Of a stretch of DNA of 64,000 bases, positions 45,211 through 58,249 are shown piece after piece (positions within the stretch are counted from its first letter, which is position 1; every line of letters starts with the position of its first letter). Position numbers and translations under genes: made by a program. The notes under the pieces were generated by a model, which saw only the letters and a list, made by a program, of their open reading frames with translations, searched no databases and was not told the origin of the DNA. This stretch comes from Tricharina praecox (Eukaryota), in NCBI RefSeq assembly GCF_024521635.1, contig NW_026250410.1, positions 124,001-188,000 on the forward strand, written 5' to 3'.

Positions 45211-46122
45211 GACGGGGAGGCGCTTGAAGAGGCCGAAGGGTGGGGCTGGGGGGTCTTTGGGATGGGGAGCCTCAAAGCGAGTACTGCGGACGGGGAGGTT
45301 TTGGAGACGGGGCGGTGAGTCTGTGGCAATTAGTATCGCGAAGCTGTATCAGTAGAGAGGGTACATACCGGGCGATCTCTGCCTCCGAGGTGGAGAGCGC
45401 TGCATGAAGATGTTGTCGGCGGTCTGATCAAACATTCCCCCACTGGTCCGAGTATCATCCCACAGTCCGCCGCCAGGCACGACGCGCTGCGTCACGTCCT
45501 CCTCGTCTTCCGACTTCTCCTCCTCCTCATCGTACTCCTCCTCATCCGGCACGCCCACACCGCCCCTGTCGGTGCCATAGCGGTCGTCCTCCGGATACAT
45601 GCTGTAGCTGTCAACGCCGCCGTAGCCATCGTGATCGGTGCCGTTATCGTCATCGTACTCGCCATCCTGCGCATCGAAGTTCTCAAGGGGCGGGAAGACG
45701 TCGTCGTCCTCCTCGTGCTGTTGCTGCTGAAACATTCTGGGCTTTTCATCCTTGACATCGGCCCTCTTGCGCACTGCCGCACCAACAAGTGGAACTGGCA
45801 GCTTCTGCGCCTCGAGCATCTGGCGCCGCGACATGGTTGAGTCAGTGTCTGTAAGCGACGAGTCGAACAGATGGCCGGTGGGAGGGTCGTCCTGTGTCTC
45901 GCGATTGTGGCGACGATCGGAGTATTCCGATTGCGACGGGGAGGGCGAGGGCGAGGGCGAGGGCGAGGGCGCCTCGTTCCGGCCGAGGAAGGGAGTGCGG
46001 TTGCGACGGTTGACGAAGTCACGCACATTGCTGGTTGTGCGGGGGTTGGGGGAGGCGGTGTTTGAATTCATGTGGGACGCTCGATGGAAAGAGTTGGTGG
46101 AGGAGGGGCGGGAGGTAGTCAT
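44608..46122 (-). CDS. ECM11-like protein (disordered N-terminus, C-terminal coiled coil)
   Basis: Intron 45321-45368 (GTATGT...CTAAT...CAG) joins the two ORFs. C-terminal MFAALPDAAYEAAGDIIVARKRELEEKIREAGRKRR resembles the ECM11 domain. Family call is from memory. Confidence 0.65.
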
Positions 46123-46658
46123 GGCTGCGACTGCGACTGCGACGGGGACGGGGACGGTGATGGCGGGGAGATGTAGCGACGGTGCAATGGAAAGCACAAG
46201 TGTCCGATGTGAGTTACACACAGACTGGGCCTATTCCTCTTTCCCGTTAACTCTAGCGGGCCAGAACTCCAGGGTAATATGCACCGCAGCTGGAGTGATT
46301 CTTCTCCGTCGTCGCAGTCGCGCATTGAGTGCCTGGCGATTGTCGTGTGCGTCTGAAGACCTGCGGGAGGACGCGCTCAGAGTGGCCGCGGCTCTTTCTG
46401 CGTTCTCTTCACGCGGTATTCTCCATGCAGTTTAGCGGAGACTCTTCTCGCCAGGTATCACATCACATGTGTTCTCGCCCCCCAAGCCTCGCATCTCAAG
46501 GCGATCCATGTAACTCAACCACGACAGCGCTCGAAGAACTTCGTGGCATACATAACATTCACCCACCCCCCCCCCCCAGTAGTCAACATCACCACGCTCT
46601 TCTTTCAACCACAACCACCACCACTGCATACAAACCCCGACTCACTTCCATCGCCACA

Positions 46659-47998
46659 ATGACTTCCGGCACCGGTCGCAAATCCAAGCTACTGGTGGAC
46701 ATCCTCTGGGTAGCCGCGGCAGTAAGCAACCCCCCCCCCCGTCCCAGCCCGGGGCCCGCGCGCGCAGGCACTTTAACTGATGCCCCATCTAGCAAGTGTC
46801 AGCCTACTACCTAATACGCTGGCTCATATCGTATCGCGATCCCGAGCGCGAAAAGAAAGCGGCCGTGAAGAAAAAGTCGGATGCGATCCTGCGGCGACTA
46901 GACGCGAACGGCGGCGCAACCTCAGCCGGCGGGAAGGTGGAAAAGCTCGTGCTCAACTCCTACGAGCAGACCATCCTGACCGAGGTTGTCGCGCCCGAGG
47001 ATATTCATGTTTCTTTTGATGGTTAGTTTCCCTCCGATGTGTGGCGCGCGGGGTGGTGCGAGAGGCTGATGTTGCGATTGGCGAATGCAGATATCGGTGG
47101 GCTGGAACCAATCATCGAGGAGCTGAAGGAAAGCGTGATCTACCCGCTCACGCTCCCGGGGCTGTTCTCGAGCACGTCGACGCTGCTGTCCGCGCCCAAG
47201 GGAGTTCTGCTCTACGGGCCGCCAGGCTGCGGCAAAACGATGCTTGCGCGGGCGCTCGCGCGGGAGTCCGGCGCCTGCTTCATCAACCTGCACATCAGCA
47301 CGCTGACAGAGAAGTGGTACGGCGACTCGAACAAGCTGGTGACGGCGGTGTTCTCGCTGGCTAAGAAGCTGCAGCCCACAATCGTGTTCATCGACGAGAT
47401 CGATGCGGTGCTGCGCTCGCGCAGCTCCACCGACCACGAGGCGAGCACTATGGTCAAGGCCGAGTTCATGACGCACTGGGACGGGCTGCTGTCGACGAAC
47501 TCGTCCGGCACCCCCGCGCAGATCATGATCCTCGGCGCGACAAACCGCATCCAGGACATTGACGAGGCGATCCTGCGGCGCATGCCGAAGAAGTTCTCGA
47601 TCAACCTGCCGGACGCCGCGCAGCGCCGCAGGATCCTCGGCTTGATCCTCAAGGACACGAAGCTCGCCACGGAGGACTTCGATCTCGAGGAGCTCGTTGC
47701 GAAGACCGCCGGCATGAGTGGCAGCGATCTTACCGAGGCCTGCCGCGACGCCGCGATGGTCCCCGTCCGCGAGTACATCAAGACGAAGGTCGCGCAGGGG
47801 CGCAAGGTCGGCGAGGCTGGCCTCGGGAGCATCAACCGCGAGGAAGTGCGCGGCGTCGCAACGTCGGACTTCTTCCGCCGTGGGGCGGGCGGGAGGAGGC
47901 CCGTCGAGGAGGAGATCGAGGCGTTTAGCAGGGTCGTTGGAGAGGTCGAGGAGCGACTGGGGAAGGCGAGGCGCATCGAGGAGGAGAGGGTCGATTGA
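46659..47998 (+). CDS. MSP1: Mitochondrial/peroxisomal membrane AAA+ ATPase Msp1/ATAD1
   Basis: N-terminal TM, Walker A GPPGCGKT, pore loop EKWYGDSNK, Walker B IVFIDEID, HEAS..KAEFM..WDGL. Introns 46722-46792 and 47022-47090. Confidence 0.95.
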
Positions 47999-48255
47999 TT
48001 ATACTATCTAGACTAAGTAACTTAGAGCGCATGTTTTTTTGTTGCTCCCCTTTGCCTTCTTGCTTTCTTTCGTTGGGTTGTCACGTTGGGTTGGGTTGTC
48101 ACGACCGGTTTGATGAGATGAGATGAGGGACGGGATATGTATTATACACGCGTTTACCGCGACAGTTCACGACGGCGAGCGGGGGGGCGGGGCGGGGTGG
48201 GTGGGGTGGGTCCCATATTGGCATTAATAACCGCGTTGAATACACATCTGTTTGG

Positions 48256-48693
48256 CTACGTCTCCCCAGCCGTCCACACCCTCCCCAGCCCCACCTCCCC
48301 GTCCCCCATCCCCTCGTCCTCGCCCTCGACCAACAGCACCCGATCCACCCTCACCTCCACCCGAATCTCGACCCTGACCTCCCCCTGCACCCCCTCCCCC
48401 TCCAGCTGCACATCAGGATCAACAGCACTCCCACGGAACAACCCCGCCTCATCCATCCACTCCTCGAGGCGTGGGCGGTGTTCGAACTCCGCTGCGTGGT
48501 TGCGCAGCTCCCGGCGCGCGACGGCGTTCGCGCGTATGCGCGACGTGAACGCGTGTGTGCTGGCGGACGGGGAGGATGAGGGGGATGAGGGGGAGGGGGA
48601 GTCGAGGTTGAGTGTGCGACTGGCGGGGAGGAGTGTGATGATGTAGATGTAGGTCGTGCGCTGCGGCTGGGGTGCAGGCTGGGGGGGCGACAT
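48256..48693 (-). CDS. Hypothetical protein (145 aa)
   Basis: ATG in cacaATG context, GC-rich codon usage like neighbouring genes, globular-looking sequence. No family recognised. Confidence 0.55.
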   Translation of the reverse strand: MSPPQPAPQPQRTTYIYIITLLPASRTLNLDSPSPSSPSSSPSASTHAFTSRIRANAVARRELRNHAAEFEHRPRLEEWMDEAGLFRGSAVDPDVQLEGEGVQGEVRVEIRVEVRVDRVLLVEGEDEGMGDGEVGLGRVWTAGET

Positions 48694-49136
48694 TGTGTGG
48701 TGCGTGGTGCGTGGTGCTGGTGGTGCTGGTAAAGAACGGACGGACGGATGGTGGGATGGGATGGTTACTTCCTATGTGCGTGTGCTAAGAGGTATGATGT
48801 AGGTGCCTGATGCACTCGCCGAGTCGCTGTTCCAAGGCGGACGCCCGCCGTTCGTGGTTTGTCTTGTTTGAACTTTGAACTCTGCCGACGCACCCACGAA
48901 GATAGCCGGCTGATGTTTAAGGTCTGGTATCGAACAGTGTATCCTACTGCATCACGATCAGACGAAACCACATTCAGTCACTGCGCGCTCGCACCCGCAA
49001 GAAGCCAGAAGCCAGAAGAAAAAGCCAAATCCATCCATCCATCCATCCAAGTAAAGCATCTACATAGAAATACAAGAGTATATCCTTGCCCACAATCCAA
49101 TCCAAAAATCTATCATGCATCACTTATCCCACATCA

Positions 49137-52100
49137 TTACATCTCCTTCCGCTCCGCCTTACTTTCCAGTGCCGGGGCAGCGGCAGCAGGAACATGTACC
49201 TGCACACCCTTCCCCCACCAAGTACCGAGTCCCTCGAGCCCAGCCAGGAACACGCCCAGTGCACCACCTATACAAAAGTGCGAAATCCCCGTTCCAATCT
49301 CCAGCCAGCTACCCTCATCCCTGACGAGCCAGAAGAAGTTGAGGGTGAGGACGTCGCTCAGGGCAGTGACGCACATGAACACCGCGCTACCGCCGAGTCC
49401 GGCGCGGCGATTGAGCACCGCTAGGTTGGCGGAGATGAGCGCGAACGGGATGAGCAGCTTTAGGATCAGCAGCGCTCCCATTGCGAAGGGGGAGAAGATC
49501 GGCAGCAGCCGGTAGACGCTGTCAAGGCTGAAGGAGCTGATCGAGGCGATGTTGCCCGTGCTGAAGAAGGCGGATTGCAGGAACAGCGTGAGTGCTAGGG
49601 AGAGACGGAGGTCGGCTAGTTTTAGGGCGCGGGGCTGCGTGGTGTTGGGGGTGGAGGATGAGAGGAGCGACTCGAGCGAGATCCAGAGGTGCAGCGTGCT
49701 CGCGAAGACGATGTAGAAGAGGCCCTCGTAGGAGATGCTGAGGATGACAAAGATCGGCGCAAAGGTGAGGAATAATACCGCCAGGCGGTGGAAGTAGTGG
49801 GGGTTCGGTTGGAGGGCATGGAGGAGAGGGATGGTGAGGGAGAGGACGAGGATACTCCAGCCCAGGACTTGGTTCCCGAGTGGGAGGCCTTGCTTTTGTT
49901 GCAGGCTCCGCAGAGAGGAGGAAGTGACGATCATGGAAAGGGCGATCAGTCCCACTTGAGCTCCGACGATTGACTTGGAGATAACGTCGCGGCTATAATT
50001 CGCGAGGATAGTTGCGCCGAGAGTTTGCCCCTTCGGTACACCGTCGGAAATGGTGGTGCCGAAAATCATGTACGCAACGCCCATGAAGAACATTATGCCG
50101 CCGCCGAGGAGTCTATCATCATTAGATACCACCATAAAGGATGGAGGGAAGGGCGCTTACATCTGAGTTTCACTCTCAGTCTTGACGACTGGAAGCAAAG
50201 TGAAAGTACTCATGAGAAAACAGCACACTGGCCATAGGGTGCACAGCAGCTTGTTGGTCTTCATGAACGCCGCACCATACATCATCGGCCAGAAGGCCGC
50301 AAGTATGAAGCAAACCGAAAATACCTCACGGTGGAAATACCCGAGAACAATCGCCTCCAACAAAGCCACACCCATCACCGCCTGCACTGCCAGTCCCAGG
50401 TATTTGCTCGTTCCGCCGGGCACTTCGCGCACAAGCTGTGCTACACCCCTGACGACCGACCTGCGCCGGACGAAGACCTCTTCCCAGAAGACAACGGGGA
50501 AGAGGGCATATGCGTAGTATGTTGGGCGCGACTTCTGAATAAAGAAGAGGGTATACAAGCCCACTAGGACTCCCGAAAACAGGAAGGTGGACACCGGAGT
50601 GCGATCAGCTTCAGCGGTGCCATCGACAATGTGGGAGTCGAGAACGGTAGTGAGGGCGAATGCCATCCAGCCGAGATAGCCGAGCGTCACGATTGTGCGT
50701 AGGAGGAGCCAATCGTAGGTTTGGAGGTAGCGGAGGCCCTCGAGACCGGTCTTAATCAGTCTCATGGACTTCTTAATGGTAAGTTCGTAAGCACCATCCT
50801 CGAGAAGGCCTTCGATCTCAGCGAACTGCTCCAGGAGGTTGGCCAGAGGTGCGTATGGCTTGTAATTGATGTGGGTGGCCTTTTTCTGCGCTGCTAGCTG
50901 TCAGCTTTCAAGGAATAATCACTAGGCATCACTCGGACAATACCCTCTTTGACACTGTACATTTCCAGGATCTGTTTCGCGTTTGTCAACGCAGCCTTCG
51001 CCTTAGTCTCGTCATCTGCATCCAAGAAGTCCAGCGGCAGCTCTCCAACAGAGTTGACCGGGAAGTCCAGGCCGACAAGGTACGCCATCAGCGCCGCCAC
51101 ATCAGCCTGCGCTACGTCGTGTCGAAGGACACTTCCCAGGCCCCAGTCTCCCGAGAACCCATCCTCGTGTCCGTTCTTCTCTCCGGCAGGAAGGCTCAGC
51201 GTACTTTCCGGCTTCTTGACACCAGCTCCCCAGGCGACCAGAGGCGTCCGTGTGTTGTCCGGATGTCCGTCGCCGTGCGATCCCCAATCACTCATACCGT
51301 GGTCCGCAGTAAACACCCACGCCGTCTTGCCATCATGTCCATAGAATTCCTCCACCAGCGTATGCACCTCCTTCAGGCCCTGATCCACCACCTTGATATT
51401 CTTCAAGTACTCGGGGCTGTATGGTCTGTACGAGTGTCCGGTGGTGTCCAATCCCAGCAGATGCAAGAAAAACACCAACTTATCCTTCTGCAGCAGGTCT
51501 GCCAACTCGGAATCCCTGCGCGCATCCTCAAAGAACGCCTTGACCCGGTCGAAGACCCAGATATCGAGGTTTGTAGCATCCTGCGTAAAGTCCTCCATCT
51601 CCTCGTCATACGTCCAAGCGTCGACCCGCGACTTGTCCGAAGCGCCAAGCTGGAACATGGGCAAGATATCGGGCGAGCCCCACGACCACGTATGGCGCGA
51701 CTCGTTGAAGACCGAGTCGAAGTTGACCGGGTTGACTTTCCATCCCGTCGTCACCGCCGAGACGTCTTCGTAGAGGCCGGCAATGAGCGCTACATGGCCG
51801 GGCCGGGACTCGGTGGGGACGCGCGTGTGCGATACGCCGAATGTTCCCTCGTTCAGGACTTTGTCGCGGATGAAGGGCGCGAGATACCGGGTCTGCGAGG
51901 GCTCGTCGGGATCGATGTGCTGCTGGAAGCACTTGTCGGCGCGAAGGCCATCACCTGCAGCGGAGGGACCCTGTGAGCTTCGGTTTCTACGGGAAAGAGA
52001 CGAGCAACGTACCGACAACGAGGAACAGGCGCTTTGCGGGTGCCGGCGCATCGACGTGATGCGGCCGCATGCCCGACACTATCGGAGAGACAAAATAAAT

Positions 52101-52178
52101 GTCGAAGATGGAGTAAATGTAGATCAAGTGAAAGACAACACCGACGGCTAGAAAGCCGAGTCGCCCGAGGCGAGCCAT
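49137..52178 (-). CDS. MCD4: GPI ethanolamine-phosphate transferase 1 (Mcd4/PIG-N)
   Basis: SIFDIYF..P, GDGLRADK, GVSHTRVPTESRPGHVA, HLLGLDTTGH, TADHGM..WGSHGDG and a multi-TM PigN C-terminus. Introns near 51957-52011, 50892-50943 and 50122-50160. Confidence 0.96.
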
Positions 52179-52688
52179 GATTGCGGAGAAGGAATGGCAC
52201 GCTCCAGTAGAGCTTGGAGAAGGCGGAAGAGCTGGTTCCGGGAATGGCAGAGTAGTTTCTGCTTCGTGGTGAGGAATTGAGATGAAGACGGGAGGTGTGT
52301 CCCTGTAGCTATGGTATTCCTACCAGCTGTAGCGGCTCAAATAAAGTCAGGGGAACTTGTGTGACTATAATACAACCACAGCCCTACCGAGAATTGGCAG
52401 AGTGGCGATGGGCTTACGATGGCGATGGTGGTTACTGGACCACAACAGGATGCAGCAGTATCGGCTGCTTATGAATGTCCCTTTGCTCCTTTTATACTCT
52501 CGCGTTATAATGTACAATTGATGATCATCCCACCACACGCACACGCGTCCATGTGTCCTTTTCGCGGCACCCTGCTGGTTACATACCCGGAGCAACTACC
52601 GCCAATCAACCGCACCGTCTGTGTACATCCTGAACCTGAACCCAAATCCAATCCCCCCATCCACTTCCCCACGTCATAACCGCAACCT

Positions 52689-53300
52689 CTACATTCCCTT
52701 CTTCTTCATATCCAGCACCACCGAGATCATCCTCCTGAATCCCTCCTTAAAACGCACACGGTACCGCTCGCTGCGCAACCGCTTGCGCCTTATACCCTTG
52801 GGCTCGTAGAACTTCTGGCGGTGGAAGTCCTGGCGGACTTTGTTCTGCGAGATTATTGACCGCAGCTTCATGAAGGCCTGTGCAACGTCCGCCTGAACGA
52901 TGATGGAGCGTCCCGCGGTCGGCCCCATTTTCGGGAGTTTGGTGTTCATGCTACTCGTAAGGTGCTCCAACGGAGGAGAGTCCATCGCCGTACGGTTGTT
53001 GTGCTGAGGACGATATTGGCTGGTTGATGCCATGGTAGTCGCCGTGAGGTCATTCAGCCATTCTGTGTTCCACATATTTCCTCGGCCGGTAGCATTGTTG
53101 CTGCCGGTAGTTTTGCTGGCGCTGGCGCTGCTGCTGGCACTGCTGGCACTGCTGGCGCCGCTGCTGTTGGCATTGGCATTGGGGTTTTGGTCATCGGCAA
53201 GGCGGGCGGCGGAGGTACCGAATTGTCGGACGGCGCGGGGATAGAGAGAGGCGACTGGCCGTGTAGAGATAGCCGTGTAGGCGAACCGTCGGAACTCCAT
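52689..53300 (-). CDS. MRP21: Mitochondrial ribosomal protein bS21m
   Basis: Arg-rich presequence (MEFRRFAYT...). C-terminal S21 domain GRSIIV..DVAQAF..L......NKVRQDFHRQKFYEPKGIRRKRLRSER. Confidence 0.85.
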   Translation of the reverse strand: MEFRRFAYTAISTRPVASLYPRAVRQFGTSAARLADDQNPNANANSSGASSASSASSSASASKTTGSNNATGRGNMWNTEWLNDLTATTMASTSQYRPQHNNRTAMDSPPLEHLTSSMNTKLPKMGPTAGRSIIVQADVAQAFMKLRSIISQNKVRQDFHRQKFYEPKGIRRKRLRSERYRVRFKEGFRRMISVVLDMKKKGM

Positions 53301-53648
53301 GGCGGATTGAGAAGGGTTGAAGGAGTGTTCAGCTCCCTTTGACGGTGGTGGGGGCGATGGTGGGGGTAGCAATTGACAGCCGGTGGTGGGTGGGCGATGT
53401 GAGTTGGAGCCGAAAGAAGGTGAGCCACAAAAGCCGTAACTGCCAAGCCCTAGCCAACAACAACCGCTAGCGCAACTTTCACGGCGGATACGTCTTGAGT
53501 TCTTTTCGGTGCTGCTTCGACTTTGCTCTAACTCTGCCATTCTCCAGCAACAACTCAATCACAACGTGACTCTCATTTCAACTTCGCGTCAATCTACAGT
53601 ACCACCTTCACCCTACCTACTCAGATTCGATAGCATAAACAGAAGACA

Positions 53649-56128
53649 ATGTACCAGTATCCTGGCCGTACGCATCCTCTTCCACGCCCGCTTGTCGCGT
53701 GTCGCTGACAGTCTGCAGAAGCGCCGTTTGGCCGCCCCGGAATGCCGCCGGGCATGCCGCCTGGATTTGGGATGGGAGTTCCTGGTGTTCCTCCAGGCTT
53801 CGGTATGCCCCCTGGCACAGCTCCTGGAATGGGTGGGCCTCCGGGCATGCCGCCTCCACCTGGCGTTGGCGCACCTGGCACTGGAGCTCCCCCCGGCACC
53901 CAACAGGCCAATATGGGCGCACGTCCTGGAATAGCTGGCTTCGCGCCGCCCGCGAATCTTCCGAACATAAACTTCAATGCGCCAATCATCAGACTGGGCA
54001 CCTCGGTGACGCGGCAGAATCCTCTACCTACACAGAGTTCGACGGCGGGCAAGGCAGCAGGCTCGATGGCAAGGGAGGTCAATGAACTTCTGCCACCGAC
54101 GGTTGAGGAGCAGCTTAAGACTGTTTTCGTGGGTGGAATACCGAAGGGCGTCGATGATGAGTGGATGGAACGAATCTTGAGGGTGAGCACCCTTGATTTG
54201 AACTTGGAAGTTGGAATTGTGCTGATTGAGTACACAGGCGACGGCGACGCTGAGGAAGTGGACGAGAGCGACTGATGAAGACGGAAAACCGTGCAAGTTC
54301 GGATTCGCAGAATATGCGGATCCAGAGTCTCTTGGGTGCGCATATGAAGTTCTTAAGGATTTAGAGATACCTGCTGTTGACAATCTTACGGAAGGTTCCA
54401 AATTACTGGTACCGATTCCCCACATACACCCCGCCCTTGCGATGTCCAGACTGACCAACTCTTCTATCGATAGGTAACAATCGACGATAAATCGAAGACT
54501 TACCTCGACAACGTGGAGGATGCCAACAACGCCGATCTACGGGAAATCCGTCTCGACACAGCAAAGACCAATCTCGAGAACGCGCTCGCCGAATTCAAAG
54601 ATCCCACGAAACACACGGCGAAACCTACTGAGAGCACGCCTGTTCAGGAGAAGGCCTCCTCTCCAAAACCAGATGAGTCCACCCCGCAGCCTGAAATCGT
54701 CACCATTCCTCTCTCCACCGACGACGAGCTTTCGGATATCCCAGCAGATATGCGAGAGATGGTGGCGAAAGAGATCCAAGCTTTCCGCGAGCGCTCCAAC
54801 CGTCGCGACATGGAGCGGCTGAAGCGGGAAGAAGAGATCGAACGCATGGAGCGGGAACGGAACAACCCTCCCAGTTCTCGCGTCAGTCGTCTTGCCTCAC
54901 CGCCCGCATCAGCTCCTACTGGCCCCAGCGGTGGCGCGAATGCAATCCCCATCGGCCCCAGCCGCATTAGAGACCAACAGACACCCACCGCTCCCCGTAT
55001 CCCTACAGGTCCCTCCTCTGCCCCTCGCGACTACCAAAAAGGTGTTTCCTTTGTTAACGGTGGTGGTCTCAATGGCTATGCATACACCCGTGAAGAAGAA
55101 GAGTCCGATGCTTCTGACTCGGAGCTCGAACGCAGGAGAAAAGAACGCAAGACCGCGGACCAGGAGAAGACATACCTGGACCACGAGCGCCGCTGGTTAA
55201 ATCGTGAGCGCTCCCGCACCTCTGCCCTCGAGCGTGAGCGCCAGCGAGATGACGATGACAAGCGTCGCGAGGAGGTGGATCGCACCGCCATGGCGAAAAG
55301 ACTAGCGGAGTGGGATGATGACATCGAGGCCGAGAACAAGACCGAGGAGTACTATGTAGACCGCTCCGTATGGATCCGTAACCGTAGTGCGTTCCGCCAG
55401 CGAGAGATTGAGCTCGATGAACGGGACCGTGCTGCGGAGCAGAGACAGCTCGAGGCCGACACTGACAAGAAGCGTGCGGCGGAGAGCATGGCCGACAGCT
55501 TCCTTGCCCAGCAGGCGGCGGAGATGGAGAAGGCGGCTGCTGCGCGCGAAGAGCCGAGACGATTCAAGTTGTCGCTCGGTGCGGCGGCGGCCACTCGCAA
55601 GGCGAATGAGGAGAAACCGAGGAGAAAGACTGCTGCCGATGTCGAGAACCTGCTCGAAGATGAGGAGGAAGATGAAACTAAGACTCGTCGTGTGCTCATT
55701 CCCATACAGTATGATGTCTCCAGCTCGATGGACGACGAGACACGAGAGCGCCTGGTCAGACAACTGGCACAAGAGATTCCAACTGAGCGGAGGGGCTTGT
55801 TCGAGTGGAAAGTGCAGTGGGATCAGGTCGACGAAGCTATCGTCAAGGAGAAGCTGCAGCCATTCGTCGAGAAGAAGATTGTCGAGTACCTTGGTGTTCA
55901 GGAACAAGAGCTTGTCGGCTTCGTGCTCGGCCACATCAAGAAGAGAGGCAGTGCTGAGGAACTAGTCAAGGAACTGGAGATGGTAAGATTCCCTTCATAT
56001 ACCTCCGCGAAGACTCCCAGGTACTAACACGATTCCAGGCACTCGACGAAGACGCCGAGACCATGGTCAGGAAAGTGTGGAGGATGTTGATCTTCTACTC
56101 TGAGAGCGAGAAGAGGGGCCTGAACTAG
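53649..56128 (+). CDS. SNU71: U1 snRNP-associated PWI-domain protein (Snu71/RBM25-like)
   Basis: Pro/Gly N-terminus, RRM-like (TVFVGGI, KFGFAEY), RE-rich region and C-terminal PWI (KLQPFVEKKIVEYLGVQEQELV...KVWRMLIF). Four predicted introns. Stop at 56126-56128. Confidence 0.88.
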
Positions 56129-58249
56129 TCGAAGACAAGACGCATCTTCGAACTCTTTTATTTTTGTGTTTTTTTTTGATGACGGCCAGCTTTGTATAAT
56201 ATCAGGTTGCCTGCCCAGTTTCTACTTTCTTCCTGCTGCTTCACTGCTTCACTGCTTGCTTGCTTTTCTTGCCACACGTAATTTTTTGGAGTTTTTTTGA
56301 TCCCTTATGTCTGGTACCTATTCGTTCCCATAGAGAATTACCTACCTCCTGCGCCTGATCTGATTTGATCTGATCTGCGCAAGCCTAATGGATGTGGATG
56401 ACTACCGACATGGGGATGGAATCGAGGGCTGGGACCGAGTGACCAAAAGCGCGGTATCAAAAGATATGTAGCTTTTCCCAGACTTCACATGATGAGTGTC
56501 GAATCCGCCCGACAAACTCTGGCATATGTAGACCGACTGACGCAGCGCAAATCTGACCTGCCCCAGACCCCGTATCAGTTCAGTACATAAGAACATACTA
56601 GAAGTACATAGAAACATCCCAAATCCCACTTCCATCCATCCATCCATCCATCCACAAATCCTTCAACTGGGTAACCTCATATAACCCCAGTCGCATATAA
56701 AAAGGGCGCATACGCGTACCTACTATCCACACGAACATCCACTGTAATCCACTCTAAATTATCTGGGGAGGATGATCTTCGGTTATTCCCGAGGCTGTAT
56801 GTGCATGGGGTACCTATATAGTACTTACCGGTGGTTGATCTCGCGTTGTCGGTAGAGTAGAGTACATGGACCGAGGCTTATCCAAACTCCAACTCCAACT
56901 GGTACGTTTCGGATTGTGAGACGGGGGGGCTTTCAGATAAACAACGTCCAGCTTCCAAGCTTGAAGTCGCCACCCCACCCCACCCTTCCGACGGATCTGG
57001 GTAGGTATTTGTGTAAGGCTTCAGGTACAGTTAAGATCACCACGTGTTTCCTTTGAAGTTTGGTAGCTTGAGTATTTACACATACAGCCAATACAATCTG
57101 TCAACGTAACAAGTAACCAACCACGTTTTCCAAATTCCCTTTCCTACGGTATTCATGTAAAATCTCGCCTTGAATTGAATTGAGTGTTCACCGCAATCTA
57201 CGGCTCGTCCGATATCGCAGCAGACGGATGTCACTGCCGACGAGCCGGAGACGGAGGTGGGACGGAGACGGTGGTTCGCGATTTATGACGACTGGTTGAT
57301 AGGTTGATGCTGCGGTGAGTGGTGTTGTTGCAGAGCATGCATGCACGCACAGGTACCGTCCGTACCGCAAGACACACAGAGTCGCTATGATGGTTCTCCC
57401 GGTAAAGAACCCCGGCCTACCCAGCTAGCTGTAATACTCTCTTACATGGCCGGAGTTTCGGCCAGGCCAGACTGTGTTCACCCGCCCGCCCGAGTGGGCG
57501 GTATGCCGATGTGGAAGCCGATCGCAGCCCCGTTTCGTTTCGTTTCGAACAAATGCAGATGCAGATGCAGAGGTGGAAGTGGAGTTGCCTGCATCACATC
57601 ACATCAAGCCCTAGAATCTTCAGTGAGGAGTCACTGAGCTGTAGCATCGCCGATTGGGTTCCTACTGGTGGACGCATACCACCGAGGCTTGTTTCTCTGT
57701 TTCGAAGATATTTTTCCGTCATCGTCTCCGTCTCCGTTCGCGTCTTCGAGGGATTTTCAGCGTGCTGGGGTCATGCTGGCGGTAGGTATGCCGGTACTTC
57801 CAAGTTTCTTTGGTGCTCTGACTCCTGAGCATCGATACGGGTAGCTGGGTAGGCATAACAGTCAATGGTAGCGGTTGGATGTAGAGTACCCGTGACGCCA
57901 CAGCCAGGCATCTCGCCTCTGCAGCCTTACAAACAAAACAAAACCCCCAGCTACGATGATCGCTACACGGTTAATCTTCCCGTAACAGTGCGCAAGGATG
58001 TTGTTTCCGAGTCCCTGGCCGTGGAGATGTTGATGCACCAGAGGAGAAGAACAACACTCGAGTTCGGTATATAAGTCCCAGAGTCCCGCCCAGACCCAAC
58101 ATCACTTGCATCATCAGCATCAACAGCAGCTCCCTTCCAGTCTTTCCATTCCGAACCGCAGGCCGTGTTTCCCTCCTTCTTTCTTTCTCTTCTTCTTCTT
58201 CACACAAAAGCCAGCCTTTTATCATACTTTCATTCCCACCATCTTGAAG

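Noticed and set aside
47212..47976. Long antisense ORFs over MSP1 (likewise MCD4, BBC1, SNU71 and the 58-kb repeat gene)
   Set aside because: Shadow ORFs caused by GC-rich codon usage on the coding strand.
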